Of a DNA stretch of 64,000 nt, positions 51,339 through 60,890 are shown piece after piece. The notes beneath the pieces are model-generated. The model was given only the letters and a program-made list of their open reading frames with translations, did no database searches and was not told the DNA's origin. Source of the DNA: a virus; IMG/VR virus record IMGVR_UViG_3300026521_000226, positions 7,778-71,777 of that record. One strand, 5' to 3'. How positions within the stretch are numbered: the stretch's first letter is position 1; each line of letters begins with the position of its first letter. The translations under genes and the position numbers were made by a program.

Positions 51339-54197
51339 TTACCCTATAAATAATCCTCCTTTTATATCCTCTGGTTTGATGTCCCCTTTATGAAGCTCAT
51401 TAACCATCATCTCCACAAATAGATCTACTTCTTGTTCAGTAGTCCATAATGAAGTTGATTTGTAAAGAGCCTTAATATATCCTTTAAGGAACTCTTTTCC
51501 ATTTTTAACAACTTTTCCAAGTGCTGATTTGTAAGAGTTCCAGAACATATCAATATCTTCAGGAGACACCATAAATGCATCATGGATTGGAATCATTGAT
51601 GCAAAGCTACTCTCAACCATATATTGATTGATTGCAGTTCTTAGCACATATGAATCTAATCCATGTGAATAAGCAGCAATATGTCTAACACCAAAATATT
51701 CACTGCTTACTCTTTTCATGAAGAACTCAACTTTTCTACCTGTTACAGTAGTTTTTATATTTTGAATATCTTCATGACCTGTTTGAGTAACACCTGTTAC
51801 TGCTGCTATCATACCATCAGACGCAGCATATGTAAATACTGCTTTGTTGATATGTTTAGTCATCTTAGTGAAGAAATCTCTAAGAGCAGCAGCTTCAGGC
51901 ATTAACTCTTTAAATTTAGCAGTCCAAGAATCCCATCTTGGTTCTGAAACTTCAATTATTTCTTTGTCAAGACCGATAGATTCAAGTAATTTTCTACCAA
52001 TCTTAACAAATCTAACTCTTCCAGAACCATATTGAAATGGAGTGTATGGTGCTTTTCCTGTTTTTCTAACACCAATTTCTTGGTTGATAGATAAACATTG
52101 ATTATCATCAATATTTACACCATTTACACTCCATTTCATTCCTTGACCCATAGCAGTATAAATATCATATGGTTTATCTTGTGTAGCAAAATCTACATTA
52201 AGAGAAGACCATTTCATACCACTTTTAATACCAAGTGAACATACTTGCATTGCAGTACCTGAAGCTTGTTGATCAATCTCCACTAAAATATTAGTAGGTT
52301 GACCTTTAATAGCTTTCCACATACTATGTTTGTGAATTGCTATTAATATTTTAAGCTCAAGCTCTTCTTTTTGGTTCTCCCAAATTGAATGTTGTTGAGC
52401 TTTTGTAATAGCTTCTTTTTGAAGTTGTTTAATTTTAAATTCAACTTCATTTAATTCTTTCTCGTAATCAGAGATAATATTACCTAATATCTCTACTGAT
52501 TTTTGAGAAAGAACTCTTGGTTCTGCACTACCAAACAGATGATTTCTAAATCCTGTTTGTAATGCAAGATATGCTCCTCCCTTAGCATATACTCTCAAGT
52601 TATCTGGTCCAAACTTGAATTGAGTAAAGAAGTATCCTTGTTTTTCAAAGATTTCGTTTACTCTTCTAATATCCTCTAAAGCATTTGCATGTGCTTTTTG
52701 AGCATCTTGAAGAGTAACTCTTACTTCTTTACATTCTTTATCAAGATATACTAATTCTCCTGTTGATTTAAGAACAGGATTATTAGCATGAGAATGGAAC
52801 TCAGTATGTTTAAGAACCATATCTCTAATTTCTCTTGATTCAGCTAAACCATCAACAAAAGAGTATTTAGTTTGGTTTAGATTATGTAAGAAAATCTTAC
52901 CACCAATATTTAATGATGGTTTGAATTTCCACATAGATCCTTGCCAAACTCTTCTGTTTTCAGGATCAAGGTCTATTGTTTTACCTTCACTATCAACCTT
53001 AATTAATTTAACAGGTTTTTCAGTGAAGGCACTTCTTTTTTCAATAGTAAAGAAGCTTTCTAATTTACCTTTAAATGCTGGATGTTTAACAAATTCATTA
53101 ACAAATGATTTGTTTAAACTACTAATATTAATAGTTTTAACTCCAATATTCTTAGTATTAGTAAAGATAATAGAACCTTTATCCTTACCATCTAATCCAT
53201 ACCATCTTACTTGTTTAAATAATTCAAACAAAGTAAGACCAGCATCAATTAGATTTTCCATATGAGCTTTATCAGTCCAAACTGATGGATTATTTGGTAC
53301 TGAATAAGCCCCTATAAAATAACTCATAAATTCACTTCTTAGTGAAATTTCTTGAGCTTCTTCTTTTTCAAGAAGAATGGAAATAACAAAAGTGAATAAT
53401 TCAGCAATATCATCTCTAATATTTAAAGATTGAATATATTTTGCTGATTTATTTTGTTTTACAGGTACAGCAATTTTATCAATTACTGCACCTTTAACAA
53501 TTTCTTTAAATCTAAATGAACCATCAATAAATGCATCAAATGTTTGAAGCACTGTTGGTTCTAACTTATTAGATACAAAGTCTAATACTTTTGTATCTTC
53601 ATTTAAGTCTTGAACACCAATTAGTGCTTTAACAAACACATCAGCATCTACACTATCAAGTTCTTTAAATGACTTGATAGAACAAGCTTTTAAGAAGTCT
53701 TTTGCTGATTTACTTCTTAAATCTTTAGAAACTCTTGATTTTACAAGTTCTATTCTACTTGTATTTTCAAGAGTCTCTTTAATTTGTTCTTCTTTATTTT
53801 TATCTTCATCTTCAGAAGCAGCTACACCAGCTATAAATGCTGCTGCAAATATAGCTTTAGCATTTTCAGCTACTTCCCTTTTTGAAGATTTTGGAGCTTC
53901 AATTGAAACTCCTTTAGTAGGAATCATATCTCCTACTAATTTTAATAATCTGCTACCATTGATAGCAGATTGAGCAGACATTTCTGCTCTTTTTGCTGCT
54001 GCTGCAGCCATTTTTGCCGCAATAGCAGCTTTTCTTGCTGCTTTTCTTTCAGCAGCTGATGCTCTAAGAGCATCTTTTAATTTTTCTGCTAAAGGAGCAG
54101 ATATTTTAGCTCCTTTAATTTCTTTTACTTCTTTTACTCTTTTAGGAGCAAATGCTCCTAAAAATCTTATTCCATTTTTATTTACTAATTTTCTCAT
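51339..54197 (-). CDS. Single-subunit T7-type DNA-dependent RNA polymerase
   Basis: DNLRVY, motif A VEIDQQASG, motif B RKTGKAPYTPFQYGS, HGLDS, motif C IHDAF, hydrophobic C-terminus LFIG. Confidence 0.88.
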   Translation of the reverse strand: MRKLVNKNGIRFLGAFAPKRVKEVKEIKGAKISAPLAEKLKDALRASAAERKAARKAAIAAKMAAAAAKRAEMSAQSAINGSRLLKLVGDMIPTKGVSIEAPKSSKREVAENAKAIFAAAFIAGVAASEDEDKNKEEQIKETLENTSRIELVKSRVSKDLRSKSAKDFLKACSIKSFKELDSVDADVFVKALIGVQDLNEDTKVLDFVSNKLEPTVLQTFDAFIDGSFRFKEIVKGAVIDKIAVPVKQNKSAKYIQSLNIRDDIAELFTFVISILLEKEEAQEISLRSEFMSYFIGAYSVPNNPSVWTDKAHMENLIDAGLTLFELFKQVRWYGLDGKDKGSIIFTNTKNIGVKTINISSLNKSFVNEFVKHPAFKGKLESFFTIEKRSAFTEKPVKLIKVDSEGKTIDLDPENRRVWQGSMWKFKPSLNIGGKIFLHNLNQTKYSFVDGLAESREIRDMVLKHTEFHSHANNPVLKSTGELVYLDKECKEVRVTLQDAQKAHANALEDIRRVNEIFEKQGYFFTQFKFGPDNLRVYAKGGAYLALQTGFRNHLFGSAEPRVLSQKSVEILGNIISDYEKELNEVEFKIKQLQKEAITKAQQHSIWENQKEELELKILIAIHKHSMWKAIKGQPTNILVEIDQQASGTAMQVCSLGIKSGMKWSSLNVDFATQDKPYDIYTAMGQGMKWSVNGVNIDDNQCLSINQEIGVRKTGKAPYTPFQYGSGRVRFVKIGRKLLESIGLDKEIIEVSEPRWDSWTAKFKELMPEAAALRDFFTKMTKHINKAVFTYAASDGMIAAVTGVTQTGHEDIQNIKTTVTGRKVEFFMKRVSSEYFGVRHIAAYSHGLDSYVLRTAINQYMVESSFASMIPIHDAFMVSPEDIDMFWNSYKSALGKVVKNGKEFLKGYIKALYKSTSLWTTEQEVDLFVEMMVNELHKGDIKPEDIKGGLFIG

Positions 54198-54369
54198 AAT
54201 CTATCCTTTATAAGAAATTTAAACCAAACACATCATTTGGTTCTATAAATGTTCAACTAATACTGCTTTTCACTTTGAGAAGGATAGAAAAGCATAAACA
54301 TCCTTATAATTTATAACTACAGACATCAGATCATAAGCAGTTTAATGACTTACTTAGGTCAGATTGATT

Positions 54370-55083
54370 TTAGAAGATTAAGTCTTCAAGACTATCTTGG
54401 ATCTCGAATTTAAAATCTTCATCATATTCTTCATCAATTATTGATTTAAAATATGAAATTTTAAATTCAAAATCAGGATCAAAATAGTCTTCCCAATAAA
54501 CAGTTCCAAAATCAGTATCAGTGAATTCATTATAAAAATATGAATTAAACACATTTTTATATTCTTCATTTAATACTCTTCTTGGTTCTAATTGGAATTC
54601 AGAAAGAATAGACTCAAATGAAAAATTGAATGTTGAAATCATTAACCATAGAAGTTGGAAAATGAATAACATTTGAAAATCATCTGATAAACAAATGAAT
54701 TTTTCAATCTTTTCACCTCTGAATTCCATTTTCATTGGTAAAGACCATAATACTTTGAAACCAGACTTCTCAGCCATTTTAGCTAAGTCTTCTGGTACCA
54801 TAAGTATCCAATCACCTTCTTCTTTAAGTTCTTTAATCATATTAACACCAGATCTTAATGATTTAGGCGCAAAATGACTTGGAACTTTGAATCCAAGATA
54901 GTCATTGTAGAAGAGTGTTCCGTCTTCTGTTACTCTTTGGTTTGTATGGAATAAACCGTGAGAGATGTATGAGTAACGAGAGATAACTGAATTAGTTCTA
55001 CGTCTACTCATAGCCATCTTATAGTCTTCATAAGACGACCACAACTCTTCTACAAGTTCCTTAAATAAGGTTTTTGTTACCAT
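54370..55083 (-). CDS. Early hypothetical protein with acidic C-terminus
   Basis: 237 aa, AAGGAG SD. Confidence 0.65.
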   Translation of the reverse strand: MVTKTLFKELVEELWSSYEDYKMAMSRRRTNSVISRYSYISHGLFHTNQRVTEDGTLFYNDYLGFKVPSHFAPKSLRSGVNMIKELKEEGDWILMVPEDLAKMAEKSGFKVLWSLPMKMEFRGEKIEKFICLSDDFQMLFIFQLLWLMISTFNFSFESILSEFQLEPRRVLNEEYKNVFNSYFYNEFTDTDFGTVYWEDYFDPDFEFKISYFKSIIDEEYDEDFKFEIQDSLEDLIF

Positions 55084-56230
55084 GACTTAATCTCCTTTAT
55101 AAAAATTTACACCAATAATTACAGCTATATAAGGTGCATTCAACATAGACACCTGATATGGGTACTAGGCTCATCACACCTGTTCCACATACCGAGTAAT
55201 CTATATTCAGCTGTACCACAACTGCCTATCCCTTAGGTTCTTGTCTATGCTATTGATGGCAGCATGAGGAACACTTAGGTACTTTAGTTAAGAGTATGAG
55301 TGAGAACCTTAGGTACTCGTGTGATTGAGTGCTGAAATTAGAAAGGTCTCTCTCTTGATAGTTCTTGTCTAAAGAATTTTAGGCAGTATATTCAAGGTAT
55401 AGAGCCTTAGGCACTGAAATGATAGTACTAAGGATATACCTTAAATAAGTAGTTAGGTAAGGCACTATTGCCTTATATATACACACCTTGATGTACTTAT
55501 ATAAAGCAATTAGAAAAAGAAAGATTAAGACTTTTTAGGTCTTCCTCTACTTTTTCTTTGTTGTTCCTCCTCAACTGGAGAAAGGAAGTTTTCTACACTT
55601 GCTGCTATTGCAGCTGGATCAGCAGTCAATCCATAGCTGCTTAAAGCAGCCTTGGTACCGTTATAGGTACCTTTTAAAATGTTAATAGCATTCATAATGA
55701 ATGCCTCAACATCTGCGATGATGTCACTCATCGCACCTCTAAAGGTACTAATGTACCCTTTAATTTTAGGCATGATGTCAGATATCATGCCGATAACCTC
55801 AGAAGAGGCTTGTACAATTAATGTACCTGCCTCTAAAATTATTTTAAATGCTTCAACTGAAGCACTTATTGTTGTTTTAATTGTTAATGATAATGTTGTA
55901 TTTGCCATAATAAACTCCTTATACAGCAATTTGAGTACCCAGTTTAAAGTTAGTACTCTACCACCTATCCATCCTGTTAGGAGTCTAGCTCAACCGACAG
56001 TTCATAGGTTCTAATTTTTTCCCTACTACAGCCCTATAGGGGGGGCAATCACATAAAATCACACGACTATATGTAATCTACTACCCTTAAACTTAATTAT
56101 GAAAAATCTATAAAAGCCGAATTTCTAAAATTGTAGTACCTAAGTGTTATTTATTATATAGAGATGATTTTAAAATTGAAGTAAAAATTAAGCATTAAAG
56201 TACCTAAGTTATGGGAATATGTAGTAATTA
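55084..56230. other. Divergence zone and predicted physical genome termini
   Basis: Early (-) and late (+) arms diverge here, as in a circularised N4-type map; clustered CTTAGGTWCT-type repeats; CCCTATAGGGGGGG at 56032-56045. Confidence 0.55.
55525..55908 (-). CDS. First early protein; amphipathic helices and C-terminal AT-hook
   Basis: AAGGAG SD before ATG 55908; ends KSRGRPKKS. Confidence 0.65.
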   Translation of the reverse strand: MANTTLSLTIKTTISASVEAFKIILEAGTLIVQASSEVIGMISDIMPKIKGYISTFRGAMSDIIADVEAFIMNAINILKGTYNGTKAALSSYGLTADPAAIAASVENFLSPVEEEQQRKSRGRPKKS

Positions 56231-56240
56231 TATTGACATT

Positions 56241-56291
56241 TTGTTAGTCCTGTGGACTAATTCTATTAGTCCTGTGTGAGAGGACTAACAA
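56241..56291. repeat. Paired TTAGTCC/GGACTAA inverted repeats
   Basis: 56244-56260 (3-nt spacer) and 56266-56288, just downstream of TTGACA at 56233. Confidence 0.85.
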
Positions 56292-56317
56292 ATTAAATTA
56301 TTTGAAAGGATTTTTGT

Positions 56318-56905
56318 ATGAATTTTATTTCGAAGTATGATATTATATCAAAACAGGTCATAAATGACAAGACTGGTGAGATAGAAGTTGAACATTTTAA
56401 ACAAGTAAAAGAGACTAAAAAGATCAAAGGAGGATTCAGAATGGTATATGCAGCATTTGATATAGCAGTTAGCAGAATAATTAAATCACAAATAGACTAT
56501 TTGGTACTTATTTATATAAGAGATTTATTTACATATAAACAAGTTGAAGTTCATCTACCTGGTTCTGAAATTGCAAAATTGTTTGAAATAAGCAGAAGTA
56601 AAGTTAATGAACTTATAAATAGATCAGTGAATGAAGAGCTCTTATTTAGGGTAAAAAGAGGAGTTTATAGACTTAATCCATACATGTATTTACCATTTAG
56701 AGCCAATGGAGAAGAACTTCAAAAAGAATGGAGTGAATTAACTAAAGATATTAAAAGTAGATATAGATGGCTTAACGAACAAGTTAAAAATAGTATATGT
56801 GATGACATGATAAAAATGGAATATATAAAAGAAATAAAAGAGTTGGAAAAACAATTAAACAAAGAAACTATTGAAAATATAAAAAACAACATGAAAACAT
56901 ATTGA
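56318..56905 (+). CDS. RepL-like winged-helix DNA-binding protein
   Basis: KTGEI, YLVLIYI, EIAKLFEISRSKVNELI, RGVYRLNPY. Confidence 0.7.
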   Translation: MNFISKYDIISKQVINDKTGEIEVEHFKQVKETKKIKGGFRMVYAAFDIAVSRIIKSQIDYLVLIYIRDLFTYKQVEVHLPGSEIAKLFEISRSKVNELINRSVNEELLFRVKRGVYRLNPYMYLPFRANGEELQKEWSELTKDIKSRYRWLNEQVKNSICDDMIKMEYIKEIKELEKQLNKETIENIKNNMKTY

Positions 56906-57005
56906 TTATCTACGAGTAACATATGGGGTTTTTTGTAATTTTTTGGTATACTTCTTTTATGAGTACATCTATTTGGTACTTAAATTAGAAATACAAAGGA
57001 AATAC

Positions 57006-57530
57006 ATGAATATGGATACAGAAAAAATTAATATTAATTACTTAAAACAAACAGTAAGTGATGAAGAAGATATGCTTATAGGATATTCTATAAAAGAAGG
57101 ATATGATGATAATTTTGGAATAGGCATAGTGCTATATATGTTGCATATAGATATAAATAAAGGACACTGCTTAGAAGAACTTGCAAAAAATAATGATATG
57201 TGTATAAGAATTCATAAATTTAGAATTGATAAAAAATCATTTAAAAAAGATGAAATAAAAAGATATTTAATATTTAAAAAAGTAAATTATTATTCTTTTT
57301 TAGAAAATAATAAATTATTTTTTAATACACTTGAAAATGTTGCAAAAGTAGATAATAATTGTTCAAGTGTTAAATGTGTCTTTGATTTAGTTGAAAAAAT
57401 AGATGATGAATATAATTTTGATATGATTAGTCAATCTATACCAGCACTTGGTTCTTTAAGATTTGAGGGAATTCATTGTGATATATATGACGATGATATA
57501 GTTGATTTATTAACAAATGAAAACGAATAA
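57006..57530 (+). CDS. Hypothetical protein
   Basis: AAGGA SD before ATG 57006. Confidence 0.55.
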   Translation: MNMDTEKININYLKQTVSDEEDMLIGYSIKEGYDDNFGIGIVLYMLHIDINKGHCLEELAKNNDMCIRIHKFRIDKKSFKKDEIKRYLIFKKVNYYSFLENNKLFFNTLENVAKVDNNCSSVKCVFDLVEKIDDEYNFDMISQSIPALGSLRFEGIHCDIYDDDIVDLLTNENE

Positions 57531-58203
57531 AGAAAAATATATGAAACAAGAACAACAAAATAAACTTGACACATTCATTGTGTCTTTACCAAGGAATAGA
57601 AGAAAATTAAGTGATGAAGCACTTAGTGAATTAAAGTATATTATTGAAAAAGAACCAGAATTATTTGAAGATGTGATATCTTATACAAAGGTTATTTCTG
57701 AAGGTAAGTATAGTATAGTTGAATATGTTAATGCTGTTAGGTATGTTACATATCAAATGATGGGATACACAAATAGGCAATCATATTTGAAAATATTTAC
57801 AGATAAAGCAAACATTGATAGAGATACGATTGATAAATTTGTGAATAAATACAATAAAAGCAAGTTGGTACTTGAGTTACAAAAAATAGCTACAGTACCA
57901 TTATATTTAACTCATCATCACTTATTAAATAAAGCAGTTGCAAAACAAGCAGAATTGTTAGATGCTAAATCAGAGATGGTTCAACACCTTGCAGCAAAAG
58001 AATTATGTAACCTTTTAGCACCACCAGAAGAGAACCACATGTCTATAGATGTGAATATCAAAAAAGATACAACAGTTCAAGATCTGGAAAGCACATTATT
58101 TAAATTAGCTGAAAAGCAGGTAGAACTTATTGGTTCTGGAAAGTCAACAAATAAAGATATAGCAGAGATGAATATAATAGATGCCGTTGTTGAAGAAAAT
58201 TGA
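57517..58203 (+). CDS. N4 gp69-like protein (probable small terminase)
   Basis: GKYSIVEYVNAVRYVTYQMMG, YNKSKLV, AKSEMVQHLAA..LAPPE; upstream of terL. Confidence 0.78.
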   Translation: MKTNKEKYMKQEQQNKLDTFIVSLPRNRRKLSDEALSELKYIIEKEPELFEDVISYTKVISEGKYSIVEYVNAVRYVTYQMMGYTNRQSYLKIFTDKANIDRDTIDKFVNKYNKSKLVLELQKIATVPLYLTHHHLLNKAVAKQAELLDAKSEMVQHLAAKELCNLLAPPEENHMSIDVNIKKDTTVQDLESTLFKLAEKQVELIGSGKSTNKDIAEMNIIDAVVEEN

Positions 58204-58228
58204 CATATTCATTATTAAATGATACAAT
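58200..58228 (+). promoter_or_regulatory. Near-consensus sigma70 promoter
   Basis: TTGACA-N17-TACAAT with extended TG. Confidence 0.8.
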
Positions 58229-58233
58229 TCGAG

Positions 58234-58417
58234 TGTGGAGTATGTTGTATATTTTTTATATACACAAAATATTTTTTATTACAAGCAATCTATTTCCGTC
58301 GCTCCTGCTTTAAGTGATTTTTTAAAAGTTTTTTGATTTCATATAACAATTCCTTTATTTTAAAAGTTATTTTTTTTTATTCAAAAACATACTCCACAAC
58401 TTTTTCTTTTTCTTTTC
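58234..58417 (+). ncRNA. Candidate small RNA with paired ends
   Basis: Starts at the predicted +1; 13-bp TGTGGAGTATGTT/AACATACTCCACA stem, then a U-rich tail; no ORF on +. Confidence 0.5.
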
Positions 58418-58473
58418 TGCTTTACTTACAAACATATTTTTTGTTACAATAAACACAAAAAAAGGATTTTGTT

Positions 58474-60051
58474 TTGTCAAAAAAAGTAACTGTAGACAAT
58501 CTACTTTCAGAAATAAAATATTCATTTGATAGTTACGTACCAAGTAAAGAGGCTGTAGCTTTTGTTAACTTTGTTAAACTTATAGGTGTTGAAGACAATA
58601 AAACACCTGTTGTACATTTTAAAATGTTAGATAACATATTTAGTAAATATAAAATGCATGCAATAATGTGTCATAGGGGTATGGCAAAATCTACATTACT
58701 TGGAGAATATCTTCATTTTTGGATAGCAGTATTTAATAATATACCTAATTTTGGATTTGTTAATTTTAGTTTATATGTTGCTGATAGTGCCGAAGGTGGT
58801 GCAAAAACATTAAGAAAGAACATGGAATTTAAATATAATCATAGCGAATTTTTACAACAACAATTACCTAAAGTAAAATTTACTGATGGAGAACTTTGGT
58901 TCCAAAATAAAAGTGGTGGTGAAACAATAATAAGATTGTTTGGTGGTCAGCAAAATATAAGAGGTCAGAGAGCATTAGGTAAGAGGCCTCAGCTTGCAAT
59001 TATGGATGATTTGTTGTCAGACCAAGACGCTAAATCAGACACAGTACTTGAAAATATTGAAAATAATATAAACAAGGCAATATCTAAAGCATTAGATCCA
59101 ACTCATCAAAAACAGATACTTATTGGTACACCATTCCACGAAGGAGATCCATTGTATAGAAGAATACAAAATAGTCAATGGAATGCCTCTGTGTATCCGA
59201 TATGTGAGAAATTTCCATGTAAAAAAAGTGAATTTAAGGGTTCATGGGAAGAAAGATTTAGTTATGATTATGTAAGAGGCATGTATTTGGAGGCTAAAGA
59301 GAATGGGTCTTTGGATGGATTTTATCAAGAATTAATGTTACAGGTTAAGTCAGATGATCAAAGATTGGTTCTTGACGATGATATAAAATTTATAGAGCCA
59401 GCTAAAAAATATAACACTTATTACATAACAACAGATTTTGCTACAAGTGAAAAACAAGCAGCAGACTTTAGTGTTATATCTGTTTGGGGAATAACTGCAA
59501 AAGGGCATAAAGTGCTTATTGATGGTAGAGCTGAAAGATGTCTTATGGATAAGAACATGGATGATCTTTTTTGGTTCTGTAAAAAATATAATCCACTTCA
59601 GGTTGGGATAGAGGTTACTGGGCAGCAAGGTGGGTTTATCCAATGGGTAAAGAACCAAATGGTTGAAAAAAATATATTTTTTAACTTAAAAGAGATAAGA
59701 CCAAATATACGTAAAATGGAAAGATTCCAAAGAATACTTCCTGAATTCAAAATGGGGTTATTATATTTTTCAAATAAATTGGAAGAATTATTTAAGGATG
59801 AAATTGAAAGTGAATTAAAGGGTGCAACAGTTAAAAAATTCACATCAAGGCATGATGATTTTATTGATACAATATCAATGCTGTATGAATTAGACGGAAT
59901 ATACGCTGGATTTTCAGGTGATGTAAATAAAGATGAATTTAATAATCAAGATTACTTAAAATTAGATTATAAAAAACAAGAAAAAATTACTGACATTTTT
60001 TCTGAAATTGAGTATAATACATCTAAAGCTAATGATAGTTTTTATGTTTAA
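58474..60051 (+). CDS. terL: Terminase large subunit (N4 gp68-like)
   Basis: TTG start; CHRGMAKST, RPQLAIMDD, IGTPF, YITTDFATSEKQAADFS, HDDFIDTISM. TGTTACAAT -10 at 58442-58450. Confidence 0.93.
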   Translation: MSKKVTVDNLLSEIKYSFDSYVPSKEAVAFVNFVKLIGVEDNKTPVVHFKMLDNIFSKYKMHAIMCHRGMAKSTLLGEYLHFWIAVFNNIPNFGFVNFSLYVADSAEGGAKTLRKNMEFKYNHSEFLQQQLPKVKFTDGELWFQNKSGGETIIRLFGGQQNIRGQRALGKRPQLAIMDDLLSDQDAKSDTVLENIENNINKAISKALDPTHQKQILIGTPFHEGDPLYRRIQNSQWNASVYPICEKFPCKKSEFKGSWEERFSYDYVRGMYLEAKENGSLDGFYQELMLQVKSDDQRLVLDDDIKFIEPAKKYNTYYITTDFATSEKQAADFSVISVWGITAKGHKVLIDGRAERCLMDKNMDDLFWFCKKYNPLQVGIEVTGQQGGFIQWVKNQMVEKNIFFNLKEIRPNIRKMERFQRILPEFKMGLLYFSNKLEELFKDEIESELKGATVKKFTSRHDDFIDTISMLYELDGIYAGFSGDVNKDEFNNQDYLKLDYKKQEKITDIFSEIEYNTSKANDSFYV

Positions 60052-60065
60052 AAAAGGTTAACTAA

Positions 60066-60863
60066 ATGAACATTTCTAAGTATAAAAAATACATCAGAGA
60101 CATGAATGTTTCAGATGATGAATTGGAAGAAATAGTTTCAGATGTTATAGAAGATATAGCTATGGATACTAAGATATTTAAAAATACAATTGGTTTTAAA
60201 TTAGATGGTTGTGTAAGAGAATATGATATTGAAGCAATATACGAATTATATTCAAATCTTGATGATCAAGTTATAAACATAGAGTATACTTCAAATTCAA
60301 GTACAGAAAGTACACTTAAGTTAATAGATATGATAACTATTGACGATGGTGACAACAAAACAACATGTGAAGATAAAAATAATGACGACAGTGTTGATGA
60401 AGACATTACATATTCATCAAGTAAAAGTAAATTTATATCTGCAAATGATTTGTTTGTTATATTTAATGATACAATTGAAGCTGAGTCAAGAAAATCAAAA
60501 ACATTGATAAAGTCGATAGAAAATGAATATTTTGAGAGGTATAATAATTTTGTTTATAAATCAAAGCATGAATACTTATCTGATTTATATGGTTCCGAAG
60601 ATTATTCCATTGATGTTTATGTTAATTGTTCAATAGTGCCATCTGCTGAACAAATAAATGATGATCAAGAAAGAATGTTAAGGACTGCATTAATAAATGG
60701 ACTTAAGTATTTTTCAAGTGATATGTACTTAAACACTTCAAATGAGCAAGTATCAAATTTACTGTACCAAAGATATTACTCTTCTAAAAAACAATTACTA
60801 TACAATAATCCACAATTTGTTAGTCCTAAGTTAGATTTTAGAAATAGTGGTTGGAATCAATAA
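60066..60863 (+). CDS. Head-tail adaptor (N4 gp67-like)
   Basis: Position after terL; ALINGLKYF..LLYQRY..RNSGW C-terminus. Confidence 0.55.
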   Translation: MNISKYKKYIRDMNVSDDELEEIVSDVIEDIAMDTKIFKNTIGFKLDGCVREYDIEAIYELYSNLDDQVINIEYTSNSSTESTLKLIDMITIDDGDNKTTCEDKNNDDSVDEDITYSSSKSKFISANDLFVIFNDTIEAESRKSKTLIKSIENEYFERYNNFVYKSKHEYLSDLYGSEDYSIDVYVNCSIVPSAEQINDDQERMLRTALINGLKYFSSDMYLNTSNEQVSNLLYQRYYSSKKQLLYNNPQFVSPKLDFRNSGWNQ

Positions 60864-60890
60864 TGTTAAACAATAAGGAGGTTAAATGTT

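Noticed and set aside
56039-56045. Poly-G tract as a phase-variation switch
   Set aside because: Only 7 G, intergenic, and more simply read as part of the terminal region.
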